Assembly (NCBI GenBank): GCA_945865725.1
Contig: CAMBEO010000004.1
Location: 2,016 to 66,015 of the forward strand
Length of the DNA stretch: 64,000 nucleotides
Direction of reading: 5' to 3'
Source of the DNA: Thermoflexus hugenholtzii JAD2
GTDB lineage: Bacteria; Chloroflexota; UBA11872; UBA12225
Shown: positions 35,779 to 45,379 of the stretch, in pieces
How positions within the stretch are numbered: the first letter of the stretch is position 1
Layout of the letters: every line of letters begins with the position of its first letter
Program-made: the position numbers and the translations under genes
The notes under the pieces: model-generated
The model's database searches: none
What the model was told of the DNA's origin: nothing
The model's input: only the letters and a program-made list of their open reading frames with translations

Positions 35779-37323
35779 ATGGGGGTCATCGACGCGGACG
35801 CCTGGATCGGCGTCGACATCGGCACGACGGGCACGCGGGCGGTCGTCTTCGACCGTTCGGGGCGCGTGCTCGAGGCTGTCTCGCGCACGTACCCGTTGCT
35901 CGTGCCGCGCCCAGGGTGGGCGGCGCAGGCGCCCGCGACGGTTCACGACGCGACGACCGAGGCCCTTGCCGAGGCCGCCGGATGGGCGCGCGACCACGGG
36001 CGGCACGTGCGCGCCGTCGGGCTGTCGGCCATCCTGCACTCCGTCCTGCCGGTCGATGCGCAGGGGAACGCCCTCGACGACGCGCTGATCTGGGCCGACA
36101 CGCGCGGTGACGACGAGGCGAAGGCGATCCGCGCGTCGCACGACCCGCATCGCCTCTACCTTCGCACCGGCGGGCCGGTGCACCCGATGTACTTGCCAGC
36201 CAAGGTGCGGTGGTGGCGGGCGAACCGGCCACAGACCTTCGCACGCGCCGCGCTCTTCGCTGGCATCAAGGACTACGTCCTCGGCAGGTGGACTGGCGCC
36301 GCCGTGACCGACCGGTCGACGGCGAGTGGTACCGGGCTCTTCGACCTGCAGGCCTTCGACTGGGCCGACGACCTCCTCGCCATCGCGGGGATCGACCGCG
36401 GACGCGTGCCATCGCTCGTGGAGCCGACGGACGTCCTTGACGCGCCTCGCTCGTGGCTGCGGTCCGTCGGCCTGCCGGATGACTGCCTTCTTGTCGCCGG
36501 GGCGGGCGACGGCGTGTTGCAGACCCTCGGCACGGGCGTGGCCTCGCCCGGGCAGTTCGTGGCGATGGTCGCGACGAGTGGCGCGGTACGGTCGGTCGTC
36601 GACCATCCCGTGACGGACGGGGCGCAGGCGCGCACGTGGTGCTACTACCTTGCGGAGGGGCGGTGGGTCGCCGGCGCGGCGATCAACAATGCCGGGATCG
36701 TCCTCGCCTGGTTGCGAGACCAGTGGGCGGCCATCGCGCGGGCGACCGGCGGGCGAGAACCGACGCTTGACGAGGTGACCGCATGGGCCGCCGAGGTCGG
36801 TCCAGGCGCGGGCGGGCTGCTCTTCCTGCCGTACCTCGCGGGTGAGCGGGCGCCCGGATGGAACGCCCGCGCGCGCGGCACGATCGTCGGCCTCTCGCTG
36901 GCGCACGACCATCGCCACCTTGCCCGTGCGACGCTCGAAGGCGTGGGCTACCGGATGCGGACCATCCTCGAACCGATGGAGGAGGTCGCGGGGAACGCGA
37001 ACGAGATCCGCATCGCGGGCGGGTTCATCCGGTCGCCGCTGTGGATGCAGGTGGTCGCCTCGGTCCTCGGGCGCGACCTGACCCTTGTCGACAGCCCCGA
37101 GGCGTCATCGCTCGGCGCGGCGATCCTGGCGATGCGTGCAACCGGTGACATCGAGTCGCTTGAGGCGGCGCCGCGCGTCGGGGCCATCGGGACCGTGACC
37201 CCCGACCCCCGGGCGCGCGCGGCCTACGACGACCTATACGCGCAGTACCGGGCGATCCACGCCGCGATGGCGCCGCATTGGGATGCCATCAGCGCCTGGC
37301 AGGCGGCCCGGGCGGAAGGATGA
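35779..37323 (+). CDS. FGGY family carbohydrate kinase (gluconokinase/xylulokinase-like)
   Basis: GGGAGGGG RBS upstream. 'WIGVDIGTTGTRAVVFD', 'IWADTR' and 'GGFIRSPLWMQ' are present. Confidence 0.85.
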   Translation: MGVIDADAWIGVDIGTTGTRAVVFDRSGRVLEAVSRTYPLLVPRPGWAAQAPATVHDATTEALAEAAGWARDHGRHVRAVGLSAILHSVLPVDAQGNALDDALIWADTRGDDEAKAIRASHDPHRLYLRTGGPVHPMYLPAKVRWWRANRPQTFARAALFAGIKDYVLGRWTGAAVTDRSTASGTGLFDLQAFDWADDLLAIAGIDRGRVPSLVEPTDVLDAPRSWLRSVGLPDDCLLVAGAGDGVLQTLGTGVASPGQFVAMVATSGAVRSVVDHPVTDGAQARTWCYYLAEGRWVAGAAINNAGIVLAWLRDQWAAIARATGGREPTLDEVTAWAAEVGPGAGGLLFLPYLAGERAPGWNARARGTIVGLSLAHDHRHLARATLEGVGYRMRTILEPMEEVAGNANEIRIAGGFIRSPLWMQVVASVLGRDLTLVDSPEASSLGAAILAMRATGDIESLEAAPRVGAIGTVTPDPRARAAYDDLYAQYRAIHAAMAPHWDAISAWQAARAEG

Positions 37324-37359
37324 GGCCAGGCACTCGCCGGCGCACTACCGGTGGTGCGG

Positions 37360-38268
37360 TCACGCGTGGTCGTGGATTTCCCATGGTCGGATCAACCGCA
37401 GGGCGCTCACGATCGCGCTCGTCGCCGATGAGCGGTTGAGCGTGTAGAAGTGGATGCCGGGCGCGCCGTGGCGGATCAACTCGTCCGCCTGCAACGTCGT
37501 GTAGGCGACGGCGAGTTCCAGGACGGCTTCCGGGGCGCCCGCGCGCGCACGGATGTCGCTCATCAGGTGAACTGGAAAGGTCGCGCCAGACATCCTGGCG
37601 ATCCGCGGGATGCTTTCCGCGTTGATGGCCGGCATGAGGCCCGGGATGATCGGCACCTCGATCCCGCCGATGCGCGCCCGTTCGACGAAGCGGAAGTACA
37701 CCTCGTTGTCGTAGAACAGCTGCGTCACCAGGAACCGCGCGCCGGCCTCCACCTTCCGGTGCAGGTGCTCGATGTCGAGGTCAAGGTCCTGGCGACGGCC
37801 GGTGTTGCCCTCGTAGTGGCCTTCCGGGTAGCACGCCGCGCCGACCGAGAAGTCGTAGTGGCCGTGGATGAACTCGACGAGCTCGTTCGCGTAGGCGAAG
37901 CCATCAGCGGCCGGGGTGAATGACGCGTCGCCGCGGGGCGGGTCGCCTCGCAGGGCCATGATGTTCTCGACGCCGCGATCGCGCAGGGTGTCGAGGGTCT
38001 CGCGAACCTCCTCGCGCGACGCGCCGACGCACGTGAGGTGCGCCATGGCCTCGATGCCGAAGTCGCGCTTGATGCGTGCGACCACGTCGATCGTCAGGGC
38101 GCGCGTGCTTCCCCCGGCACCGTAGGTGACGGAGACGAACGCGGGGTTGAGCGGGCGCAACTTGAGGATCGTCTCGAGAAGCTGCTCCTGCTGCTCCGCG
38201 TTCTTCGGCGGGAAGAACTCGAAGGAGAAGGCCGGGAAGGTCGTCTGTAGCGTTTCGTGGATTTTCAT
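37360..38268 (-). CDS. metF: 5,10-methylenetetrahydrofolate reductase
   Basis: ATG at 38268 ('MKIHETL'). 'FSFEFFPPK', 'FVSVTYGAGGSTR' and 'THLTCVG' are present. Confidence 0.85.
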   Translation of the reverse strand: MKIHETLQTTFPAFSFEFFPPKNAEQQEQLLETILKLRPLNPAFVSVTYGAGGSTRALTIDVVARIKRDFGIEAMAHLTCVGASREEVRETLDTLRDRGVENIMALRGDPPRGDASFTPAADGFAYANELVEFIHGHYDFSVGAACYPEGHYEGNTGRRQDLDLDIEHLHRKVEAGARFLVTQLFYDNEVYFRFVERARIGGIEVPIIPGLMPAINAESIPRIARMSGATFPVHLMSDIRARAGAPEAVLELAVAYTTLQADELIRHGAPGIHFYTLNRSSATSAIVSALRLIRPWEIHDHA

Positions 38269-38393
38269 GCGCCCCCCAGGAACCCTTCCCAGCCGTGCGC
38301 GGCCCGCTTGCCCGTCCGCGCGATCTCGCCGTGGGCCGGGAGAGTACCGTGCCGCCCGGGCCAAGGCGGTGTCGTCGCCCCGCTCCCCGCCTA

Positions 38394-39830
38394 CTACTCG
38401 TCGCGCGCCCGGCGGATCGTGGCGACGACGGTGCCGACGACGACCGCGAGGACGCTCCCCGCCATGAAGACGACCGTGCCAACCATGACGTAACGGGTCG
38501 ACGTCCCGAAGATGCCCTGCCAGAAGCCGACGGAGTTCCCGAAGAGGGCATCGACGAAGGCGAGCGAGTCGGGCCCGGTGGACATCCCCGGGACAGGCGC
38601 CGCGCCGGAACCCGACGACGTGGAGGGCGCTCCGGCGGCGACGCCGGGCCGGGGTGTCGGGTTAGGCGCGTTCGCCTTCTGGGGCAGGCCCATGCGGAGC
38701 GAGTTTTTCCACCGCAACTCGAACTGGTCGAGCGCGACGCCGAGGCCGCGCTTGAACGCGTCGTCGACGGTGGTCCCCTCGCGGAATGCGTCGATCGTCG
38801 CGCGCACCTTTTCCGGCGGGTAGGACTGCGCAAGGAACTTCACCGCCGAGAGCGACTGCTCATGGGCGAGGGCCCGGTCTTGCCCGGTTGAGGGCAAGTT
38901 CCCCGCCAGGCTCTTGAGGGAGAGCAGGCGGTCGTTCTGCGCCAGGTCGGTCAGCGCCTTCTGGTTGTCGGCAGACACGTCCTCGCCCGCGACGTAGCGA
39001 CTGAACCCGAGGGCAAGCCATCTCGGGGGCGGCGCGAACGCGTTCGTCGTCCGTTGGTCGAAGACGGCCTTGGCGACCTCGCGGCGCAGGGAGAGCATCG
39101 CGTCCGCGAGGTTTTCCGCCTGGTACAGGACGTAGACCCGGGTCAGGCCGGCGGCGGTGGCGTAATCGAGGTTGCGCCCGCCCGTGGCAATCGCGCTCGT
39201 GTAGTCCGCGACCCGCAAGTAGCCGTAGACATGCAAGGGGCGCTCGGGCGCGATTCCAAACTCGCCCTCAATGCGCGCGACGGTGCGCGATGCCTCCTCG
39301 AGGATCGCGCGTCCGACGGCCGGGTCACCGCCGGGCCAGTGCGCCGTGACGCTGCCGGCGGCCTCCAGCCGCCAGTCGAAGCGCGTGTCGTTGTAGGTCA
39401 CCACCTGCTCGGGCGTGACGCGGCGCGCGCCCGAAGCGGTCTCAAGGGCGAACTGGTAGCGCACCTCGGTCCCGGGCAGGAGGACCCCGGTGACGCGCCA
39501 CCGATAGGTCGCGGCGACGCTCTCGCCGGGTTGGAACGAGGCCACGCCGGTGTTCTGGACCGGGGAGTCGTCGATCCGGTAAAGCAACTGGACGGCGGTG
39601 ATCGGATCGCCCGCCCCGCCGCTCCGCGCACGTACCTGGAAGCGGATCTCGGCACCGAACTCGACCTCGGCCAGTGCCGGTTCGGCGGTAATCGCCGGGG
39701 CCTGGGCGAAGGCGACGCCGGAGAAGGGGGAGGAGCCGGCGACGGCCGCGCCGGAGAGGATCGCGACGGCAAGCGTGAGGGCGGCCCTCCACGGCGAGGG
39801 TCGGTGGCGAACGGGCGGCCTCGGACTCAT
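38394..39830 (-). CDS. exported, C-terminally membrane-anchored protein with degenerate peptidase-MA-like domain
   Basis: Signal-like 'AALTLAVAILSGAAVAGS' and a C-terminal TM 'YVMVGTVVFMAGSVLAVVVGTVV'. 'RREVAKAVFDQ...PPRWLALGFSRYV' aligns by eye to the HExxHxV...PxWxxEGxAxY pattern of peptidase-MA-like proteins, with H, H and E replaced. Confidence 0.55.
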   Translation of the reverse strand: MSPRPPVRHRPSPWRAALTLAVAILSGAAVAGSSPFSGVAFAQAPAITAEPALAEVEFGAEIRFQVRARSGGAGDPITAVQLLYRIDDSPVQNTGVASFQPGESVAATYRWRVTGVLLPGTEVRYQFALETASGARRVTPEQVVTYNDTRFDWRLEAAGSVTAHWPGGDPAVGRAILEEASRTVARIEGEFGIAPERPLHVYGYLRVADYTSAIATGGRNLDYATAAGLTRVYVLYQAENLADAMLSLRREVAKAVFDQRTTNAFAPPPRWLALGFSRYVAGEDVSADNQKALTDLAQNDRLLSLKSLAGNLPSTGQDRALAHEQSLSAVKFLAQSYPPEKVRATIDAFREGTTVDDAFKRGLGVALDQFELRWKNSLRMGLPQKANAPNPTPRPGVAAGAPSTSSGSGAAPVPGMSTGPDSLAFVDALFGNSVGFWQGIFGTSTRYVMVGTVVFMAGSVLAVVVGTVVATIRRARDE

Positions 39831-39908
39831 TGGCGATCCTGTGGCGGCAACCGCGGCGGCACGGTCACGCCGACGTCGGCCGACGCCCGCCTACGGTCGC
39901 CTATCATT

Positions 39909-41456
39909 ATGCCGTTGGCAACCGTGAAGCCGTTGGCTCGATGGCGGTGGCGGCCGTGGGGTGCCGCGCTGCTCCTATGGTCGGTCCTCGCGGCCGCCCT
40001 CCCGGTGCCGGGAGCGAGCGCCGACGGGTGGTTCGCGCGCACGATCCGCCCGGCCGGCTTCTGGTCCGGCGCGGACGCGACCGCGACCCTTTTCGGCCAG
40101 TTGCCGCGGGACACCATCGTCGAGATCCTCGAAGGGCGACCGTCGCCCGGTGCGACGCGATTCCTCGCGCGCGAGCTTGACGAGCGGAACCTCGGCTACA
40201 TCGAGGCCATCGTCCTTGACCCCAGCGACCCTCCGCCGGGGGAGGCCATCCCGCCGCCCGCGTCCTTCCGCCCGTTCTGGATCGCCACGCTCAAGGACAC
40301 CCCTCTCCTCGCCGGTTCGGGCGACTCGATCGCCACGTTGCCGCAGTTCACCAAGGCGATGGCGTTGACGCCCCCGGAGACAGGGCGGTACTACATCCAG
40401 GACGCGCGTACCGGTCGCGTCGGTTGGGTCGAAGGGACGCAAGTCGGTCCCGGTGGCGCGCCGACGCCGGAAGACGAGGTCATCTGGGCGTCGCCTGCCT
40501 TCGCGACGATCAACGAGGCGTACCGCCCCTGGTGGGTCGCCGCGCACCGGGTGACCGAGCTCTGGAGCGCCACCGAGGGTGGTGCGAGCTTCGGCGCGGT
40601 GCGGATCGGCGAGCAGTTCCTCGTGATGGAAGCGCAGAAGGCCGCGCGGCTCTCGATCTACAACCCGGTGACGCGGAACTTCGCGTTCGTCGATGCCGTC
40701 GCCGTCGGGCCAAGCGCCGGGCCCAAGCCCGCGGCGGTCGAGGTTGGCGGGTGGGTCGGCATCGTCAGCGGGGAACGCGCCAACCTGCGGCGCGAGCCGC
40801 ACACCGTCATGGCGGCCGCCGGGCAGGTCGTGCGCGGCGACGAGGTCACCGTCTCCGCATGGGTCGAAGGCGAGGAGCTCGAGGCGGACAACCGCACGTG
40901 GGCGCGCGTGCTGTCGGTGCGGCGCAAGGCCTCGAACGGCAAGTGGGTGGACGTGCCCCTCGGCGACATCGCGCCGGACCGCTACCTCTATTCCGGGCTC
41001 ATCCGGCCCGCGCCCCTCGTCGATGCCCCCCTGCCCCCGGACACGAGCCTCGGGAAGGGCGGCGCCCGGTGGATCGACGTGAACGTCACCCACCAGTCGA
41101 TCGTCGCCTACGAGGGCACGACGCCGGTGTACGTCGCGCCGGTCACGAGCGGTCGCCCGGGGTGGGCCACGCCCCTTGGCGTGTTCCGCATCCAACGGCG
41201 GGTCGAGAGCGACACGATGCTTGGTAGCACGCTGCTCCGGTTGGACACGAGAGAGGTGCCCGACTACCGCCTCGAGGACGTGAAGTGGACCCAGTACTTC
41301 ACGGGGGACGGCACCGCGATCCACACCAACTACTGGCGCAATCCCGCCCTGTTCGGCCTCCCAAGTAGCCACGGATGCCTCGGGATGCTCGAGGTGCACG
41401 CCCGTTGGTTCTGGGACTGGGCAAACGTCGGCACCCCGTTGACGATCCACAACTAG
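39909..41456 (+). CDS. L,D-transpeptidase (YkuD domain) with N-terminal SH3-like repeats
   Basis: ATG at 39909 begins a signal peptide 'AALLLWSVLAAALPVPGASA'. The C-terminal YkuD catalytic region is 'GTAIHTNYW...SSHGCLGM'. Confidence 0.8.
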   Translation: MPLATVKPLARWRWRPWGAALLLWSVLAAALPVPGASADGWFARTIRPAGFWSGADATATLFGQLPRDTIVEILEGRPSPGATRFLARELDERNLGYIEAIVLDPSDPPPGEAIPPPASFRPFWIATLKDTPLLAGSGDSIATLPQFTKAMALTPPETGRYYIQDARTGRVGWVEGTQVGPGGAPTPEDEVIWASPAFATINEAYRPWWVAAHRVTELWSATEGGASFGAVRIGEQFLVMEAQKAARLSIYNPVTRNFAFVDAVAVGPSAGPKPAAVEVGGWVGIVSGERANLRREPHTVMAAAGQVVRGDEVTVSAWVEGEELEADNRTWARVLSVRRKASNGKWVDVPLGDIAPDRYLYSGLIRPAPLVDAPLPPDTSLGKGGARWIDVNVTHQSIVAYEGTTPVYVAPVTSGRPGWATPLGVFRIQRRVESDTMLGSTLLRLDTREVPDYRLEDVKWTQYFTGDGTAIHTNYWRNPALFGLPSSHGCLGMLEVHARWFWDWANVGTPLTIHN

Positions 41457-41506
41457 GTCGCGCCGCCGGCATTGACCGGGATGCGCCGCCGGGATGCCGC
41501 CGCGCC

Positions 41507-42460
41507 CTAGTCAGTCCCGACCTTGCGCGGGTCGAGGGCGTCGCGCAAGCCGTCGCCCACGTAGTTCACCGCCAGGACGGTCAGGAAGATCATCAGTCCC
41601 GGGAAGATTGCCGTCCACGGGGCGCGCGTCATCTGGTCCTGCGCGTTGCGGAGCATGTTGCCCCAGCTCGCGACGGGTGGTTGGATCCCGAGGCCGAGGT
41701 AGCTGAGACTTGACTCGGTCAGGATCGCGCCCGAGATTCCGAGGGTCGCGGCGACGATGATCGGGCCGACGGCATTGGGGAGGAGGTGGCGGAGGATGAT
41801 GCGCGCGGGGGACGCGCCCAGGCATCGCGCCGCCTCGATGAACTCGCGTTCCCTTAGGGCGAGGAAGGCGCCGCGCACCTGGCGGGCCGTGCCCATCCAT
41901 CGCAGGCCCCCGATGACGAGGATCAGCGTCACGGGGCTGGTGCCATAGATCGTGGCGAGGAGGATTAGCACGAAGATCGAGGGCAGGGCGATCATGAAGT
42001 CCACGAGGCGCATGAGGAGGTTGTCCACCCATCCGCCCCGGTAGCCCGCGATGGCCCCGACGGTCGACCCGATCGTGACCGCGAGGGCGACGGCAAGGAC
42101 GCCGACGGCGAGCGAGACGCGCCCGCCGTGCAGGATGCGGGCCATCAGGTCCCGTCCCAACTCGTCGGTGCCCATCGGATGCGCCGCCGTCGGCGCGTCA
42201 AGCATTTCAAGCAAGTTTGTCTTCGTCGGGTGGTATGGCGAGACGACGTTCGCGAGGATCGACGCGGTCGCGAGGATCGTGATCACCGCGATGCCCGCGA
42301 GGGCGAGGTGGTGGCGCCGGAAGCGGCGCCACGCAAGCGTCCATGGCCCGGCCGGGGCGGTGGCCATGGACGCGGCGCCGACGGCGACGGGTTCTAGTCT
42401 GGCGTGCGCGGCCGTCGACATTCCGGTCACCGGGTCAGCGGTAGCGGATGCGCGGGTCAA
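41507..42460 (-). CDS. ABC transporter permease (Opp/DppC-like)
   Basis: Six hydrophobic helices and an N-terminal OppC-type segment. It overlaps the upstream permease gene by 26 nt. Confidence 0.85.
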   Translation of the reverse strand: MTRASATADPVTGMSTAAHARLEPVAVGAASMATAPAGPWTLAWRRFRRHHLALAGIAVITILATASILANVVSPYHPTKTNLLEMLDAPTAAHPMGTDELGRDLMARILHGGRVSLAVGVLAVALAVTIGSTVGAIAGYRGGWVDNLLMRLVDFMIALPSIFVLILLATIYGTSPVTLILVIGGLRWMGTARQVRGAFLALREREFIEAARCLGASPARIILRHLLPNAVGPIIVAATLGISGAILTESSLSYLGLGIQPPVASWGNMLRNAQDQMTRAPWTAIFPGLMIFLTVLAVNYVGDGLRDALDPRKVGTD

Positions 42461-43388
42461 GCCACGCGTAGACGATGTCGGCGAGGAGGTTGCAGGCGAT
42501 CACGAGGGACGACGCCACCGTGAAGATCCCCATGAGGACGGGGTAGTCGACGCGCGAGGCGGCCTCCCAGAAGAGGCGTCCCATCCCCGGCCACGCGAAG
42601 ATGGTCTCGGTGATCAGCGCACCGCTGAACAGTTGGGGCAGGTCAAGCGCGATCGCGGTGACGAGGGGGATCGCGGCGTTGCGGAACGCGTGGCGCCGCA
42701 CGACCGTCGCCTCGTCAAGCCCCTTGGCGTACGCGACCCGCACGTAATCCTGCCGAATGACGTCGAGGAGGGCGGCGCGGAGGTAGCGCACGTAGTGCGT
42801 CGCATCGAAGAGGGCAAGCGTCGCGACCGGCAGGATGAGGTAGCGCAGGCGGTCGCCCAGCGACGAGGGTTCGCCGAGGGTGTACATCCCGCCAGCGGGC
42901 AACCACCGCAGGCCGACGGCGAAGATCATGATCAGCATCAGGCCGATCCAGAACGTTGGCAGCGAGTTGCCCGCGAACGCCAGGCTCGTCGCGGCGTGGT
43001 CGAACCACGAGTACTGGCGGATCGCCGAGATGGTCCCGACCGGGATCGCGATCGCGAGGGTGACGGCAAAGGTGACCGTCATCAGGAGGATCGTGTTCGG
43101 CAGGCGTTCGCCGATCATCTCGAGGACCGGTCGCTTGGTGACGAGTGACCATCCCCAGTCCCCGGTGGCGAGGCTGCCAAGCCAACGCGCGTACTGCACC
43201 GGCACCGGTTGGTCGAGGCCCATGTGGGCGCGAAGCCGCGCCAGGTCCTCGGCCGTGACGGTCGGGTCGGCCTCGTACATCGACATCGGTCCCCCGGGCG
43301 TCGCGCGCAAGAGGGCGTAGACCACCATCGTCATCAGGACGAGGAGCGGGAGGGCTTGCGCGACGCGACGCGCGATGTAGGTGCCCAT
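42435..43388 (-). CDS. ABC transporter permease (Opp/DppB-like)
   Basis: 'MGTYIARRVAQALPLLVLMTMVVY' is a typical DppB N-terminus. It shows the binding-protein-dependent transport fold. Confidence 0.85.
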   Translation of the reverse strand: MGTYIARRVAQALPLLVLMTMVVYALLRATPGGPMSMYEADPTVTAEDLARLRAHMGLDQPVPVQYARWLGSLATGDWGWSLVTKRPVLEMIGERLPNTILLMTVTFAVTLAIAIPVGTISAIRQYSWFDHAATSLAFAGNSLPTFWIGLMLIMIFAVGLRWLPAGGMYTLGEPSSLGDRLRYLILPVATLALFDATHYVRYLRAALLDVIRQDYVRVAYAKGLDEATVVRRHAFRNAAIPLVTAIALDLPQLFSGALITETIFAWPGMGRLFWEAASRVDYPVLMGIFTVASSLVIACNLLADIVYAWLDPRIRYR

Positions 43389-43467
43389 TATCGGAAGCGT
43401 GGGAGGATGTCGCGGTGCCGGTCGCTTCCCTGAGGGGCGACCGGCACCGTCCTGTCAAGCACGCGTG

Positions 43468-45252
43468 CTACTTGTTCAGCCACCAGGAGTCGAGGTCCCA
43501 CCCGAGGTTGTCCCACGGGTTGTGCGTCCGACCTTGGACGTACTTGCGCGCGCCATCGACGTCGAGGCGGTTGTACAGGAAGATGTGGACCCTCGAGGCC
43601 ACGATCGCCTTCACCGCCCGTTCGTACGCCGCCCTGCGCTTCTCCTGGTCCGGTACCGAACCGGCCTCCTCGAGCGCCTTGTCGAGGTCGGGATCCTTCA
43701 GGCGGGCGTAGTTCTGTCCCTCGCCCTTGTTCGCCTCGGTGGGGATCTGGGACGAGTGGTAGTAGATGAACAGGTGGGCGTGCGGGTCGATCCCGGGGTT
43801 GGTCGTCCACATGTTGATGTCGAACGTGCCCTTCGCGCGGGGGGCGTTGTCCCCCCAAGTGCCGAGCAGCGAGGCCGACGGGATGTTCTTGATCTCGAGC
43901 GCGATCCCGATGTCCTTCAGCTGCTCCTGGATCACCTGTTGCGCAAGTTCGCGGAGCTTGTCGCCCGAGGTCGTCTGGTAGGTCAGGGTGGCCTTCGCGC
44001 CGTCCTTCGCCCGGATGCCGTCGGAGCCGGGCTTCCACCCGGCATCGTCGAGGAGCTTCTTCGCCTTGTCCGGCGCGAACTCGCTCACCGGGATCTTGGG
44101 CGCGGCCCATCCGGTCGCGATCGGCGACGACCCGACGGTGGTCTTGCCGTAGAGGAGCTTGTCGACGATCACCTTCTTGTTGATGCCAAGCTCGATCGCC
44201 TCGCGCACCTTCGGGTCGCTCAGGACGGGATGCTTGGATGCCGGGTCGCCGGCCTTGTCGCCTGACGGCTGGCTCAGGTTCAGGATCAGTCGCTCGACCC
44301 CGAGGCCAGGGTGTGCCCAGACGTCGATGTCCTTGCTGCCGTCGAACTCGGGGATCTGGGCCTCGATCAGGTTCCACACCACGTCGACCTCGCCGGTCTT
44401 CAGCTGCGCGATGCCGACCTCGCGGCTCGGCGTGATGCGGAAGATGACCTGGTCGAGGTACGGCTTGCCCTTGACATGGAAGTCAGGGTTCCGGGCAACC
44501 GTGATGTGATCTCCCGAGACCCACTCGACGAACTTGTACGGCCCCGTGCCGATCGGCTTGCGGTTGTACTCGGCCTTCTCGATCGACGTGGAACCGCCAA
44601 ACGCGTGGGCCGGCAGGATCACACCGAACAAGGTCAGGAACGGCGCGTAAAACGTCTTGAACTTCAGCTCGACCGTCCAGTCGTCCTTGACCGTCACGGA
44701 CTCGAGGTCGCGATAGCCGGTCCGCGACGTCACGGGATTGGTCGGGTCCATGATGACGCCGTACGTGAACTTGATGTCGGCCGCCGTGAACGGCTTGCCG
44801 TCATGCCACTTCACGTCTTTGCGGAGCTTGATCGTGACGGTCTTCCCGTCGGCGGAGACGCCGCCGTTCTGCGTCGACGGCACCTCGGCAGCGAGGTCGG
44901 CGACGTACTCGCCCTTCGGGTTGGGGCGGATCAGTCCGCCCAGGATGGCGTTGCGAACGACGCTCCCGACGGTCTGGGTGTTCAGGAACGGGTTGAGGTT
45001 CGCCGGCTCCTGGTAGATGGCGATCTTGATGGTGCCGCCGGTCTTCGGGGCGCCAGCAGGAGCGGCGGGGGCGGGTGCCGTCGTGGCGGCGGGCGCAGGG
45101 GCCTTGGTCGGCTCCGGCTTCTGCGCCTCAGGTGCCTTGGTCGGTGACGCCGGGGCGGCGTCGCCCCCGCAGGCCGCGATGAAGGCGGCCGGCGCGCCGG
45201 CGACGGCCGCGAGGCCGACCAGGCGATGCCAGTACGTCCGTTTGGTGGTCAT
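43468..45252 (-). CDS. ABC transporter substrate-binding lipoprotein, family 5 (peptide/nickel)
   Basis: Lipobox 'FIAACGG', an Ala/Pro linker, then a family-5 SBP body ('GGTIKIAIYQEPANLNP'). Confidence 0.85.
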   Translation of the reverse strand: MTTKRTYWHRLVGLAAVAGAPAAFIAACGGDAAPASPTKAPEAQKPEPTKAPAPAATTAPAPAAPAGAPKTGGTIKIAIYQEPANLNPFLNTQTVGSVVRNAILGGLIRPNPKGEYVADLAAEVPSTQNGGVSADGKTVTIKLRKDVKWHDGKPFTAADIKFTYGVIMDPTNPVTSRTGYRDLESVTVKDDWTVELKFKTFYAPFLTLFGVILPAHAFGGSTSIEKAEYNRKPIGTGPYKFVEWVSGDHITVARNPDFHVKGKPYLDQVIFRITPSREVGIAQLKTGEVDVVWNLIEAQIPEFDGSKDIDVWAHPGLGVERLILNLSQPSGDKAGDPASKHPVLSDPKVREAIELGINKKVIVDKLLYGKTTVGSSPIATGWAAPKIPVSEFAPDKAKKLLDDAGWKPGSDGIRAKDGAKATLTYQTTSGDKLRELAQQVIQEQLKDIGIALEIKNIPSASLLGTWGDNAPRAKGTFDINMWTTNPGIDPHAHLFIYYHSSQIPTEANKGEGQNYARLKDPDLDKALEEAGSVPDQEKRRAAYERAVKAIVASRVHIFLYNRLDVDGARKYVQGRTHNPWDNLGWDLDSWWLNK

Positions 45253-45379
45253 GGCTCACTCCTTCCGGGTGGCGTCGCGAGGCGGCGATGGCGCCGCCTC
45301 CACGCGCCGCCGGACGGAAGCCAAAGCCGCGGGTCGCGTACTCTACCACCGCGATCAGGCTGGCATGGAGGATTCGCGC

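Noticed and set aside
38269-38393. Possible SAM riboswitch in the 125-nt leader of metF.
   Set aside because: The reverse-complement leader lacks the S-box core (CTTATC..AGAGNGG..GCAAC..GTGC(C/T)AA). I could not recognise a SAM-II/IV-like core either.
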